From an uncultured Candidatus Saccharibacteria bacterium (lineage in GTDB: Bacteria; Patescibacteriota; Saccharimonadia; Saccharimonadales; Saccharimonadaceae), in NCBI GenBank assembly GCA_946408075.1, contig CAMJQQ010000001.1, positions 139,790 to 203,789 of the forward strand: a stretch of DNA of 64,000 nucleotides, given 5' to 3'. A program made the position numbers and the translations under genes. Under the pieces are notes generated by a model. That model had not been told where the DNA came from, made no database searches, and saw only the letters and a program-made list of their open reading frames with translations. Of this stretch, positions 25,327-34,269 are shown piece after piece; the stretch's first letter is position 1; every line of letters starts with the position of its first letter.

Positions 25327-26631
25327 ATGCTAGATATTACGTATATCAGAGCGAATCGTCAGAAAGTGGAGGACGCGATTCGGAATAAAGGCTACGAGGG
25401 CGAAATTGACCTCGGTGCCATTCTTTCGCTTGACGACGAGCGCAAGGCTCTGTCGCAGCAGATCGACAGCCTACGCCAGGAACGCAATCAAGTATCTGCG
25501 CAAATGAAGAACGGTAAACCAGACCAAGAGCTCATTGCTCGTGGTAAGGAATTGAAGTCGCAAATCTCAGAACTCGAGCCAAAGCTCGCCGAGGTCGAAG
25601 CGGAATATATCGCCAAGCTCAAGACTGTGCCAAATATTCCAGAAGACGACGTTCCGGTTGGTCTCTCCGAAGACGAAAATGAGGTTGCCGAGGTCATTGG
25701 CGAACCGACCAAGTTTGATTTTGAGCCAAAAAGTCACCACGAGATTTGTACAAGCCGCGGTTGGCTCGACAAGGAACGCGCCGCTAAGGTTACTGGCTCT
25801 CGCTTTGCCTACATTAAGGGTGACATGGTCAAGCTTCAGATGGCTATCGTAAACTTCGTCATGAACAGCCTCACTGACGAGAAGGTTATCAAGGAAATCA
25901 TCAAGAAGAACAAGCTCGACATTTCCGAGAAACCATTCACGCTCGTTTTGCCGCCACTCATGCTCCGTACGGACATGTATGATGCTATGGATCGCCTCGA
26001 ACCACGCGAAGATCGCTACAAAATCGAAGGCCAGGAACTCTGGCTCCAAGGTAGCGCTGAGCATGTTCTCGGCTCTATGCATCAGGGCGAAATTTTCAAA
26101 GAAGAAGAACTTCCAATCCGCTATCTCGGCTACGCTACCAGCTTCCGCGAAGAGGCTGGCACCTACGGCAAGGACATGGAAGGCATTATCCGCATGCACC
26201 AGTTCGACAAACTCGAAATGGAAAGCTTTAGCACGAAAGAAACCAGCCGCCAAGAGCACGAATTCTTCGTCGCGATCCAGCGCTGGCTCCTTGAGCAACT
26301 CGAATTGCCATACCGCGTCATCCGCAAATGTACCTATGACATCGGCAAACCGGACGCTCGCGGTATCGATATGGAAGTCTGGCTCCCAGGCCAGGGTAAG
26401 TATCGCGAAACTCATACAGCTGACTATATGACTGATTACCAATCTCGCCGTCTCGGCACGCGTGTTCGCCGCGAAAATGGCGAAGTCGAGTTGGTTCATA
26501 CCAACGACGCTACGGCTTTCGCGCTTGGACGGGCGATGGTAGCGGTCATCGAAAACTACCAGAACGAAGATATGACCATCCGCGTTCCGGAAGTATTGCG
26601 TAAATATATGGATGGCAAGGAGACCATATAA
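25327..26631 (+). CDS. serS: Seryl-tRNA synthetase
   Basis: The N-terminal coiled-coil arm and class II core are present (FRxE-like SFREEAG, GSAEHVL...). TGCTAAAAT lies 9 nt upstream of the ATG. Confidence 0.9.
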   Translation: MLDITYIRANRQKVEDAIRNKGYEGEIDLGAILSLDDERKALSQQIDSLRQERNQVSAQMKNGKPDQELIARGKELKSQISELEPKLAEVEAEYIAKLKTVPNIPEDDVPVGLSEDENEVAEVIGEPTKFDFEPKSHHEICTSRGWLDKERAAKVTGSRFAYIKGDMVKLQMAIVNFVMNSLTDEKVIKEIIKKNKLDISEKPFTLVLPPLMLRTDMYDAMDRLEPREDRYKIEGQELWLQGSAEHVLGSMHQGEIFKEEELPIRYLGYATSFREEAGTYGKDMEGIIRMHQFDKLEMESFSTKETSRQEHEFFVAIQRWLLEQLELPYRVIRKCTYDIGKPDARGIDMEVWLPGQGKYRETHTADYMTDYQSRRLGTRVRRENGEVELVHTNDATAFALGRAMVAVIENYQNEDMTIRVPEVLRKYMDGKETI

Positions 26632-26632
26632 T

Positions 26633-26986
26633 ATGATTGAAAATATTGACATTAGCGGCTCTAATTACAAAGTTGAAGAAAGCTTCAAAAAATATGTGCA
26701 GAAGCGCATCGGTAAACTCGATCGCCATCTTCCACGCAACAACCGCAAGGATCTCGTTGCTAAGGTTGTCGTCACCGAGGTAAACCGCGAACACGGCAAC
26801 AAGTATGAAATTTCCGTTACGCTCGACATTCCAGGCGGTAAAGTTCTCGCTGCAAAGGATGAGGCTCTTAACGTCTTTGCTGGTATTGATATTATCGAGG
26901 CAAAGCTCGACGGTCAGATTCGCCGTTTCAAAACTGAAAAAACTAATCACAAGAAAGGTGTCCTGGGGCGTTTGTTCAAGAAATAA
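26633..26986 (+). CDS. hpf: Ribosome hibernation factor, short HPF/RaiA form (117 aa)
   Basis: MIENIDISGSNYKVEESFKKYVQKRIGKLDRH is typical of the family. The SD AAGGAG lies inside the serS 3' end. The track ORF starts at 26612. Confidence 0.8.
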   Translation: MIENIDISGSNYKVEESFKKYVQKRIGKLDRHLPRNNRKDLVAKVVVTEVNREHGNKYEISVTLDIPGGKVLAAKDEALNVFAGIDIIEAKLDGQIRRFKTEKTNHKKGVLGRLFKK

Positions 26987-27004
26987 GCGTGCTATACTAG
27001 AACA

Positions 27005-29905
27005 ATGAAAGAGAAGAGGTCAGAGCAGAAAAGGGTGGCAGAGAAGTCCGCTAAAGCGACGAAAAAGGTGCAGAAAACTCCAAAACAGCACAAAGAAAAG
27101 AAACCTACCGACAAACTTGCAGATAAGTCCGGCTTGACTATTGCATTGCAGCATATTTTTGGCGATGCGCAAAAACGTACTTTGCGCCGCCTTCGCAAGC
27201 GTGTTGACGAAATCAACAAGCTTAAAGATAAGTACTCCGAAATGACGGACGAGGAATTGCAGGAACAGACTGCAGTTCTCAAAAAGCGTCTCAAGAAGCT
27301 AAAGAAGCAGGCGCAGGCCAAGATCGCTGTCGAAAAAGTAAAGTCCGAAAAGAAGGGCAAGAAAGCAGAGAAAAAGAAGACCGACCAAAAGGCCGAACTC
27401 ACCGCTGCTGACGAAAAAGCTCTTGATTCGATTTTGCCGCAAGCTTTCGCGCTCGTTCGCGAGGCTTCCGATCGTGTCCTAAAGATGCGTCCGTTCGATG
27501 TTCAGCTCATCGGCGGCATCGTTTTGCACGAAGGCAATGTTGCTGAGATGAAAACTGGTGAAGGTAAAACTTTGGTTGCGGTTGCTCCGGCCTACCTCAA
27601 TGCTCTGACCGGCCGCGGTGTCCATGTGGTTACCGTTAACGATTATCTCGCGCAGCGCGATGCTGGCTGGAATGGTGAGCTCTATCATTTCCTTAGCATG
27701 ACTACCGGTTGTATTATTAACGAAGCTAGCTTCATGTACGACCCAGAGTACGAGAACGAAGAGCATGACGACCCTCGTTTCCGTCACCTCAAGCCATGTA
27801 CTCGCAAGGAAGCTTACAACTGTGATATTACCTATGGTACGAACAACGAATTTGGCTTCGATTATCTTCGCGATAACATGGTCAAGGATCCTCAGTATCT
27901 CCGCCAGCGCGAATTGAACTTCGCCATCGTGGATGAGGTCGACTCGATTCTTATTGATGAGGCTCGTACGCCATTGATTATTTCTGCTCCAGCTGGCGAC
28001 AACCCAGAGAGCTACTATCAGTTCGCCAAGGTTTGCGCTCAGCTCGCCGACGAAGACTACATTGTTGACGAAAAGCGCAAGACTGTCACTTTGACCGACG
28101 AAGGCGTCGAAAAGGTTCAGAAAATCCTCGGCGTCGATACTCTCTACTCGACCGACAATACCCGCCTCGTTTATCACCTCGAGCAGGCTCTCCGCGCCGA
28201 AACTCTCTTCAAGCGCGATAAGGATTATGTCGTCACGAACTCTGGCGAAGTTATTATCGTCGATGAGCATACCGGTCGTCTCATGAATGGCCGCCGCTAC
28301 AACGAAGGTCTCCATCAGGCTATCGAGGCTAAGGAAGCCGTCCAAGTGCGCCAAGAATCTATGACCCTCGCAACGATTTCCTTCCAGAACTTCTTCCGCC
28401 TCTACCACAAGCTTTCCGGTATGACCGGTACGGCCTTCACGGAAGCTGAAGAGTTCCAGCAGATCTATGCGCTCGACGTGGTTCAGATTCCACCGAACAA
28501 GCCGATTATTCGTGTCGACAAAGATGATCTTATTTTCCGCACCGAAGCGGCCAAGCTCAAGGCTGTCGCTGAAGAGGTCAAGAAATACCACAAGAAGGGT
28601 CAGCCGGTCCTGATCGGTTCCGACTCGATTGCGAACAACGAACGTATCGCCGCCTATCTTGAAAAAGAAGGCATTCCGTTTGAAATTTTGAACGCAAAGA
28701 ACAACGAGCGCGAGGCTGCCATCATCGAAAAAGCCGGCGAAAAGGGCGCAGTCACGCTCGCAACCAACATGGCTGGTCGTGGTACCGATATTAAGCTCGG
28801 CAAGGGTGTCAAAGAACTTGGCGGTCTCGTCGTGATTGGTACTGCTCGTCATGATTCCCGCCGCGTCGACAACCAGCTCCGCGGTCGTGGTGGCCGCCAG
28901 GGCGATCCAGGTACGACCCAGTTCTTCGTTAGCTGCGAAGATGACCTCATGCGCATCTTCCAGGGTGAACGCATTGGCTTCTTGATGCAGCGCCTCGGCC
29001 TCGACGAAGATACTCCAATCCGCAACAAATCTGTCAGCAAGACGCTTGAGTCTGCTCAGAAGCGCATTGAAGGTTTCAACTTCGACTCCCGCAAGAACGT
29101 TGTTCAGTATGATAACGTCATTAACCGCCACCGCAAGGTCGTCTACACGATGCGTCGCCGCATTCTCGATGGTGATAATATTCGCCCAGAAATCAGCCGC
29201 CTCTACAAAGACGAAATCGCCGAGCTTGTCCAGTTCAGCTCCCGCGTCAACAAGAACTTTGTCGCCAACTTCAAGCGTATCTTCGATCTCGACGAAGATT
29301 TGCTCGAATCGATTGGTCTCATGCGTAAAGAAAAAGACCGCTACAAGCTCGCCTTGGCTGCTGTCGAAGAGCTCTATTCCGACAAGGAAATGGAATTCGG
29401 CGAAGAAACCATGCGCAAGATTGAGCGTGAAGTCTATCTGAACGTTCTCGATACACTCTGGATGCAGCATCTTGAAAACATGCAGCACCTCCGCGAGGGT
29501 ATCCACTGGCGCAGCGTTGGTCAGCGCGATCCGCTCGTCGAGTATCGCTCCGAGTCTCAGAAGCTCTTTGACGGTCTCCAGCGCGCACTTCGCGAGGAAG
29601 TCATGCACATCATCCTCAACCTCCGCCAGCAAGACGTCGCCGAAGTTTCCGATGACAAGTATGAAACCGAGCTCACCAAGATGGCTGATTCTGCTACCGA
29701 AAAGGGCGTTAACGAAGTTTCTGCCGGTCCAAAGAACATGGACGACGAGTTCTCGAAAGACGAACATGGCGTCACGAAGGCTAGCGAAACGCCAAATCAT
29801 ATCGCAAAGGGTTCTGGCAAAAATACGAACCGCAACGCTCAGCGCAACGCGGCCCGCAAGAGCAAGAAAAAGGCTCGCCAAAACAAGAAGAGTGGCCGTC
29901 GCTAA
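27005..29905 (+). CDS. secA: Preprotein translocase ATPase SecA, with Lys-rich N-terminal extension and insertion
   Basis: MRPFDVQLIGGIVLHEGNVAEMKTGEGKT, DEVDSILIDEARTPLIIS and TNMAGRGTDIKLG are all present. TGCTATACT lies 6 nt upstream of the ATG. Confidence 0.95.
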   Translation: MKEKRSEQKRVAEKSAKATKKVQKTPKQHKEKKPTDKLADKSGLTIALQHIFGDAQKRTLRRLRKRVDEINKLKDKYSEMTDEELQEQTAVLKKRLKKLKKQAQAKIAVEKVKSEKKGKKAEKKKTDQKAELTAADEKALDSILPQAFALVREASDRVLKMRPFDVQLIGGIVLHEGNVAEMKTGEGKTLVAVAPAYLNALTGRGVHVVTVNDYLAQRDAGWNGELYHFLSMTTGCIINEASFMYDPEYENEEHDDPRFRHLKPCTRKEAYNCDITYGTNNEFGFDYLRDNMVKDPQYLRQRELNFAIVDEVDSILIDEARTPLIISAPAGDNPESYYQFAKVCAQLADEDYIVDEKRKTVTLTDEGVEKVQKILGVDTLYSTDNTRLVYHLEQALRAETLFKRDKDYVVTNSGEVIIVDEHTGRLMNGRRYNEGLHQAIEAKEAVQVRQESMTLATISFQNFFRLYHKLSGMTGTAFTEAEEFQQIYALDVVQIPPNKPIIRVDKDDLIFRTEAAKLKAVAEEVKKYHKKGQPVLIGSDSIANNERIAAYLEKEGIPFEILNAKNNEREAAIIEKAGEKGAVTLATNMAGRGTDIKLGKGVKELGGLVVIGTARHDSRRVDNQLRGRGGRQGDPGTTQFFVSCEDDLMRIFQGERIGFLMQRLGLDEDTPIRNKSVSKTLESAQKRIEGFNFDSRKNVVQYDNVINRHRKVVYTMRRRILDGDNIRPEISRLYKDEIAELVQFSSRVNKNFVANFKRIFDLDEDLLESIGLMRKEKDRYKLALAAVEELYSDKEMEFGEETMRKIEREVYLNVLDTLWMQHLENMQHLREGIHWRSVGQRDPLVEYRSESQKLFDGLQRALREEVMHIILNLRQQDVAEVSDDKYETELTKMADSATEKGVNEVSAGPKNMDDEFSKDEHGVTKASETPNHIAKGSGKNTNRNAQRNAARKSKKKARQNKKSGRR

Positions 29906-29995
29906 ACAACGACAATGTACTCATATTATACCACAATAGTCCAAAATAGTCAAGCATAAGCCACGGCGCGGTCAGAAAAGTATCGCGCCAGGTTT

Positions 29996-31291
29996 ATGGC
30001 TCAAAATCCCCACATGAAGCATACAATCGAAGAAATTAACCTCAAGTCTGGTGCCCGCGGCCTCCTGATCGATGTTCCCGGCTCAAGCGTCATGAATATG
30101 CGCGTGATTTTTCGTGCCGGCAACAAGTTTGTCAAAAAGCCGGAAATCTACGAAGTTGCGCATCTGATGGAGCACATGGCCTTCGGTCGCAATGCCGAAT
30201 ACAAGGACGAACAGGCTTACGAGGCAGATTTTACGAAGAATGGAGCTTATCATAACGCTTGGACTTCAGATTACTACATTGTGTACGAATCGGAGTGTGC
30301 GGATTTTGAGTGGGAGCGCATCTTAGGCTTGCAAGAGCTCGCAATTGCGAAGCCTCGCTTCAATGAAGAAGAAATGAATGCCGAAAAGGGCAACGTTCGC
30401 AGCGAATTGACGGGCTATCAGAACGATTACGCACGCCTTATCTGGCCAAAGCTACAGCAGGAACTGGGCGAAAAAGTTCTGACTTATGCTGAGCGTATCA
30501 AAACGATTAATAATATCGAGCTCAAAGATATCCGTGATCATTATCGTCGCACTCATACTGCAAAAAATATGCAATTCGTCATCACGGGCAACCTTCGCGG
30601 CCGCAAGCGCAAAATCGTCCAGATGCTCGAAAAGTGGGATCTCAAAGAAGGTGAGCGCTTCGATTTGCCAATCAATGACTATGTCGCCACTGACCCAGTT
30701 GTCATCCGCCGCAAGGACGCCAGCAATGTTAGCTTCGGCTTCTCCTTCATTATTCAACGCGCCCTCGAGCCAAAAGAGCAGTATGCGATGGATTGTCTTA
30801 ACCACATTCTGAACGGCACGATGAGCTCGAAAATTTTTGGCGAAGCGCGCCGCCGCGGTCTCGTTTACGGTATCGGTTCGAACGCGGAAAGTGACTGCTG
30901 GAGCAGCACTTGGGATTTCGATGGCGAAGTGAACGCTGAAAACGCCGCTGAGCTCTTCGATTTGATTGCTATTGAGCTTTCGAGAATCATTAACGGCGAC
31001 ATCCAAGAGTCCGACATCGAGGCAGCCCGCAACTACGCCCTCGGCCGCCAGCTCATGCTTGCGCAAACTGCCGACCAGATTAGCATGTATTATCTTCGCA
31101 ATTATATTACTACCGGCACTTTCGAGCCGATTTCTGACGCGCCAAAGATGATTGCGGCCATTGACAAGAGTACGATTGTTCAGCTCGCTCGCGAATTCAT
31201 GTCGTCCGGCATTTCTGGCCTCGCCACGGTTGGCAACATGAATAAGGGCTTCGTCGACGAACTCTGGGTGCGCGTACTTGGTGCTATCTAA
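29996..31291 (+). CDS. M16-family (pitrilysin-like) zinc peptidase
   Basis: HLMEHMAF is the inverted zincin motif HxxEH. The length (431 aa) is typical. Confidence 0.8.
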   Translation: MAQNPHMKHTIEEINLKSGARGLLIDVPGSSVMNMRVIFRAGNKFVKKPEIYEVAHLMEHMAFGRNAEYKDEQAYEADFTKNGAYHNAWTSDYYIVYESECADFEWERILGLQELAIAKPRFNEEEMNAEKGNVRSELTGYQNDYARLIWPKLQQELGEKVLTYAERIKTINNIELKDIRDHYRRTHTAKNMQFVITGNLRGRKRKIVQMLEKWDLKEGERFDLPINDYVATDPVVIRRKDASNVSFGFSFIIQRALEPKEQYAMDCLNHILNGTMSSKIFGEARRRGLVYGIGSNAESDCWSSTWDFDGEVNAENAAELFDLIAIELSRIINGDIQESDIEAARNYALGRQLMLAQTADQISMYYLRNYITTGTFEPISDAPKMIAAIDKSTIVQLAREFMSSGISGLATVGNMNKGFVDELWVRVLGAI

Positions 31292-31659
31292 TGACGCGCA
31301 ACCAACTTATTGATTTCATTGCAGACGAATACGGTATCGTGCCAGAGTATCTCTGGGAAAACGATCCAGCCTCCTGCGTTTTTCGTAATTCGCACAATCG
31401 CAAATGGTTTGCGATTATTATGCGCGTGCGTCGTCGCAGTCTTGGCCAAGATTCTGACGAATTTGTCGATATTGTTGATTTTAAAGTGCAAAACGCCGAC
31501 CAAAACACCGACCCGTGCCTACTTCCGGGCTATCATATGAACAAGCGCCATTGGCTCACGATTATCCTAGATGATGCTAAAGAACCGAATTTTGTCTTCG
31601 ATCAAATCATTCAAAGCTTCAACCTTGTCGCTACGACCTCGCTCCGCCGCCGTCGCTAA
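31291..31659 (+). CDS. MmcQ/YjbR-family protein
   Basis: PEYLWENDPASCVFRNSHNRKWFAIIM...GYHMNKRHWLTI resembles the YjbR family. Its start overlaps the upstream stop codon (TAATG). Confidence 0.6.
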   Translation: MTRNQLIDFIADEYGIVPEYLWENDPASCVFRNSHNRKWFAIIMRVRRRSLGQDSDEFVDIVDFKVQNADQNTDPCLLPGYHMNKRHWLTIILDDAKEPNFVFDQIIQSFNLVATTSLRRRR

Positions 31660-31670
31660 AGCCAGAAAAA

Positions 31671-31696
31671 AGAGCTCCTCAATGGGGCTCTTTTTG
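31671..31696 (+). terminator. Intrinsic terminator
   Basis: AGAGCTCC-tcaat-GGGGCTCT followed by TTTTT. Confidence 0.65.
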
Positions 31697-31775
31697 ATGA
31701 AACTATCTTATAATTATAGCATAAGCGCGACGTATAGTCAAGCTAGAGCAGTAAATCTATGGTATAATAAGCGTA

Positions 31776-32348
31776 ATGGAAAGTAAAGACGTCAAAATCC
31801 TTGCTATTGTCGGTATGGCGGGCAGCGGCAAATCTACCGCGATTGATTATTTAACCGATAAAAAAATTCCAAAAATCTACTTCGGTGGAGTTATCTATAA
31901 GGCGATGGAAGAAGCTGGCATCGAGCGCACTCCAGAAAGCGAACAAGAGTTCCGCCGCGAAATTCGTGAGCGCGAAGGCAAAGATTTTGTCGTCAAGCGC
32001 GCCATTCAGGAAGCAAAGAATCTCATTGCGGCTGGGCAAAAGCGCATCGTTCTTGACGGCCTTTATAGTTGGACCGAGTACAAGATTTTACGCAAAGAGT
32101 GGCCGACCGAAATGACAGTAGTTGCAATCGTTGCGCCAAAAGCCCTGCGTCGTAAGCGCCTCGCTGAGCGCAAAGAGCGCCCATTCAATGCTGAAGAAGC
32201 CGCTCAGCGCGACATGCATGAGATTGAGGATATCGAGAAGGGTGGCCCAATCGCTATTGCGGATTACTATGTCGATAATTCCGGCACGCTTGAAGAGTTT
32301 CATCAGAACTTCAATAAAATAATTGACCAAATTGATTTCTTGGCATGA
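31776..32348 (+). CDS. P-loop nucleotide/nucleoside kinase-like protein (190 aa)
   Basis: Walker A GMAGSGKST is present. The size and layout resemble dephospho-CoA/adenylate-kinase-like NTPases. TGGTATAAT lies 7 nt upstream of the ATG. Confidence 0.55.
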   Translation: MESKDVKILAIVGMAGSGKSTAIDYLTDKKIPKIYFGGVIYKAMEEAGIERTPESEQEFRREIREREGKDFVVKRAIQEAKNLIAAGQKRIVLDGLYSWTEYKILRKEWPTEMTVVAIVAPKALRRKRLAERKERPFNAEEAAQRDMHEIEDIEKGGPIAIADYYVDNSGTLEEFHQNFNKIIDQIDFLA

Positions 32349-32926
32349 GTTACGATTCGCAAATCGCGCAGCGTGAAGTCGACGTCCTTGTTACTGAATT
32401 AGCTAGCGTCGCTGATATTGAAGGAGATGTAGTAGAATTTGGCTGCTACGCCGGCGATACTTCCGTGATTTTGGCGCGCGAATTGCAAAATCAGCCAGAA
32501 AAATGGCTCTGGCTCTATGATTCTTTCGAAGGCCTACCAGAAAAAGGCGCCGCCGATCAGTCCGCCGTTGGCTGGCGTTTCAAAGCCGGTGAACTCAAAG
32601 CTTCTCCCGAACAGGTTGCGCACAAATTCAAGAAATTTCAGCTCCCCGATCCTGTTATCAAGAAAGCGTGGTTTAATGAGCTCGATCCAATCGCCGATTT
32701 GCCAGAAAAAATCTCCTTCGCACTTCTCGACGGCGACTTTTATGAGTCTATCAAAACCAGCCTAGCGCTCGTCACCCCAAAGCTCGCGGCCGGCGCGAAG
32801 ATGATTATTCACGATTACCGAAACCCTCAACTCCCCGGCAGCGCCAAGGCAGTCAATGAATTCCTCGCCGAACATCCCGAACTCAAGTTCTATCTTCGCG
32901 CCGGCCTCGCCATCGTTGAGGCTTAG
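32345..32926 (+). CDS. TylF/MycF-like class I SAM-dependent methyltransferase
   Basis: GDVVEFGCYAGDTS...LYDSFEGLP...LDGDFYES fits the macrocin-O-methyltransferase-like pattern. An ATGA overlap links it to the upstream gene. Confidence 0.5.
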   Translation: MSYDSQIAQREVDVLVTELASVADIEGDVVEFGCYAGDTSVILARELQNQPEKWLWLYDSFEGLPEKGAADQSAVGWRFKAGELKASPEQVAHKFKKFQLPDPVIKKAWFNELDPIADLPEKISFALLDGDFYESIKTSLALVTPKLAAGAKMIIHDYRNPQLPGSAKAVNEFLAEHPELKFYLRAGLAIVEA

Positions 32927-33597
32927 CGCCAGATTAGTACAGCAATATAAATCAGTATTAAATGCAGCGGATAAAAACCGTATGCTATAATTTTTGGCAT
33001 CCTGCGTCCGCGTTTCCCGCTATATAAAGCAATCGGCACGCACGCCAAAAAGGCAAAGACTAGGAATTGTCGCTCGAAATGCCACCACAAGAAAATGCTC
33101 GCCCCTATGAGCGTCAGACAATTCATGACCTTGCGCCCGACCAGCTCTCCCTTTTTGTCGCCCAACTCGCGAGCAATATAATAAAATGCTAGCGGCAACA
33201 AAATGCTTACCGCACCGTAATCAATATTAAATACCTCCGCAATAATACAGGCCGGCAGCACGAGCAGTCGCCACCATTTTCCGCGCTTCCATCCCCACAA
33301 GCAAATAATCGCCAAGCAAAAACCAAACAAAACATTCGGATCTGCAATGGCTCGAAAATGCCTATCTATGAAGTATAGCGGTATCTGTGACGCGACCGCT
33401 GTCACTAGTATGCGGAAAAAATATTTCTTCACCGATCGCGTGTGGCGAAAACCCTCCGCAATCATGAAAGCGAAAATCGGAAAAGCTAAGCGTCCTACGA
33501 TTCGCATCCATTTCTGCCCGCCAAAAAGATATAGTCCCATATGGTCAATTAGCATCGAAACCATCGCAATCCCTTGCAGCGCAGCCGAGCTCAACAT
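32923..33597 (-). CDS. TraX-family membrane protein
   Basis: LQGIAMVSMLIDHMG at the N-terminus; polytopic. TATAAT lies 6 nt upstream of the ATG. Confidence 0.6.
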   Translation of the reverse strand: MLSSAALQGIAMVSMLIDHMGLYLFGGQKWMRIVGRLAFPIFAFMIAEGFRHTRSVKKYFFRILVTAVASQIPLYFIDRHFRAIADPNVLFGFCLAIICLWGWKRGKWWRLLVLPACIIAEVFNIDYGAVSILLPLAFYYIARELGDKKGELVGRKVMNCLTLIGASIFLWWHFERQFLVFAFLACVPIALYSGKRGRRMPKIIAYGFYPLHLILIYIAVLIWR

Positions 33598-33636
33598 GCT
33601 TATATTATAACCTTAAAATATGCTATATTATGTCTA

Positions 33637-34230
33637 ATGAGTAGCAAACGTCGCTTTGTGATATGGTTTTGCCGTGCTGTAATTTGGCTACTGGCCGTTT
33701 ATTTCGGCTTCCGCCTTATTCTTGATCCAACTTATAGCAAGGTCGGCGGCGTCATCTCGGGCTTCCTTTTGCCTTTCGCGCCATTGCTCGTAAAGAAAAT
33801 CTTCAATCTCAAATATATCGCCTATCGCATCGAAATCATGTATTATCTCTTTGTTTTTATTGCGCTCGATCTCGGCATCTGCTTCGATCTCTATGTTGGT
33901 TGGGCAAACTTTATTTTCGACAAGCTCGTTCATTTTCTCTCCGGCGTCGGCACTTCTATCGTTGGCTACTACGCGCTTAATTATTATAAAACCGAAAAAA
34001 CGCCGAAATTCTTCCGTGGTCTCTTCATTGTCTTCTTCTCGATGGCCATCGCGGTCATGTGGGAATTCTTCGAGTTTGCTTGTGACAAATTCCTCGGCTT
34101 CCATATGCAAACTCTCGTCTCTGATGGTGTCGACGACACGATGTGTGATCTATTAGCCGCCACGCTTGGCTCAATCCTTGGCGCCTGGCTCTGGTCAAAA
34201 CCTTTCTACAAGCGCTTCATTGAAGGCTAG
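33637..34230 (+). CDS. Polytopic membrane protein, unknown function (197 aa)
   Basis: I chose the ATG at 33637 because TGCTATATT lies 7 nt upstream. There are 5-6 hydrophobic segments. Confidence 0.55.
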   Translation: MSSKRRFVIWFCRAVIWLLAVYFGFRLILDPTYSKVGGVISGFLLPFAPLLVKKIFNLKYIAYRIEIMYYLFVFIALDLGICFDLYVGWANFIFDKLVHFLSGVGTSIVGYYALNYYKTEKTPKFFRGLFIVFFSMAIAVMWEFFEFACDKFLGFHMQTLVSDGVDDTMCDLLAATLGSILGAWLWSKPFYKRFIEG

Positions 34231-34269
34231 GCAATAAAAATCCCCGCACGTAGCGGGGAAAGGTGAAAA

